Of a stretch of 64,000 nucleotides of DNA, positions 63,701 through 64,000 are shown piece by piece (within the stretch, counting starts at the first letter, position 1; each line of letters opens with the position of its first letter). Where the stretch lies: the NCBI GenBank assembly GCA_053919585.1, contig CM132794.1; one strand, 5' to 3'. The translations under genes and the position numbers were made by a program. The DNA is from Euprymna scolopes. Lineage: Eukaryota. Below the pieces are notes generated by a model, which was not told where the DNA came from, did no database searches, and worked only from the letters and a program-made list of their open reading frames with translations.

Positions 63701-64000
63701 TGGTACTATTTTTATGTATAAACTATGTGTTTGAAAACATGGAGCACGTTTATTTCTAGTGTAATGTAGTCATCTAATAAATATGGTGTTGAATGATACT
63801 TTGTTCCTTCGCGACAAGATGGTACTATTTTTATGTATAAACTATGTGTTTGAAAACATGGAGCACGTTTTATTTCTAGTGTAATGTAGTCATCTAATAA
63901 ATATGGTGTTGAATGATACTTTGTTCCTTCGCGACAAGATGGTACTATTTTTATGTATAAAACTATGTGTTTGAAAACATGGAGCACGTTTATTTCTAGT
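27716..64000. repeat. Satellite DNA array, 119-bp monomer, ~305 head-to-tail copies, running off the window end
   Basis: Consensus TTTTTATGTATAAACTATGTGTTTGAAAACATGGA(A/G)CACGTTTATTTCTAGTGTAATGTAGTCATC(T/A)AATAAATATGGTGTTGAATGATACTTTGTTCCTTCGCGACAAGATGGTACTA; period 119 (27721, 27840, ...); one orientation, no insertions seen. Confidence 0.99.

Noticed and set aside
62734-63987. ORFs in the satellite (62734-62994, 62805-62996, 63712-63987)
   Set aside because: They result from the N-gap and from single-base indels in low-quality monomers after the gap.
27716-64000. CRISPR array, 5S rRNA array (119 nt) or spliced-leader RNA array
   Set aside because: There are no unique spacers. The monomer is AT-rich with no resemblance to 5S rRNA or its internal promoter boxes. 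The GGTAC and ATTTTTAT motifs are not a convincing donor plus Sm site, and there is no intergenic spacer.

Overview
Eukaryotic DNA, probably an AT-rich invertebrate (inference), with no recognisable host gene. The first ~27.7 kb is a nest of transposable elements, most of them bordered by (TA)n tracts. It holds a TA-flanked MITE, three pieces of CR1/L2-group LINEs (one with an intact 722-aa RT ORF and poly(A) tail), two IR/DR-type Tc1 transposons, an RTE remnant, two R4/NeSL-like (RLE) retrotransposon remnants, two tandem Helitron/DINE-1-like elements and a ~27-bp AT-rich minisatellite. The centrepiece is a ~3.55-kb palindrome of two divergent 5'-truncated Penelope-like (probably Naiad-clade) copies. 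Each arm ends in an outward-facing CCAAT/GC/CCAAT/TATA cassette followed by an intact-looking type I hammerhead ribozyme. A second ~530-bp element, present as two inverted copies, carries a hammerhead that is only recognisable by combining the copies. From ~27,716 to the end of the window lies a TE-free, highly homogeneous 119-bp satellite array (~305 monomers) with regional variant domains and local dimeric higher-order repeats, resembling a pericentromere-to-satellite transition. There are five N-gaps. All family assignments come from motif recognition by eye, not database searches.
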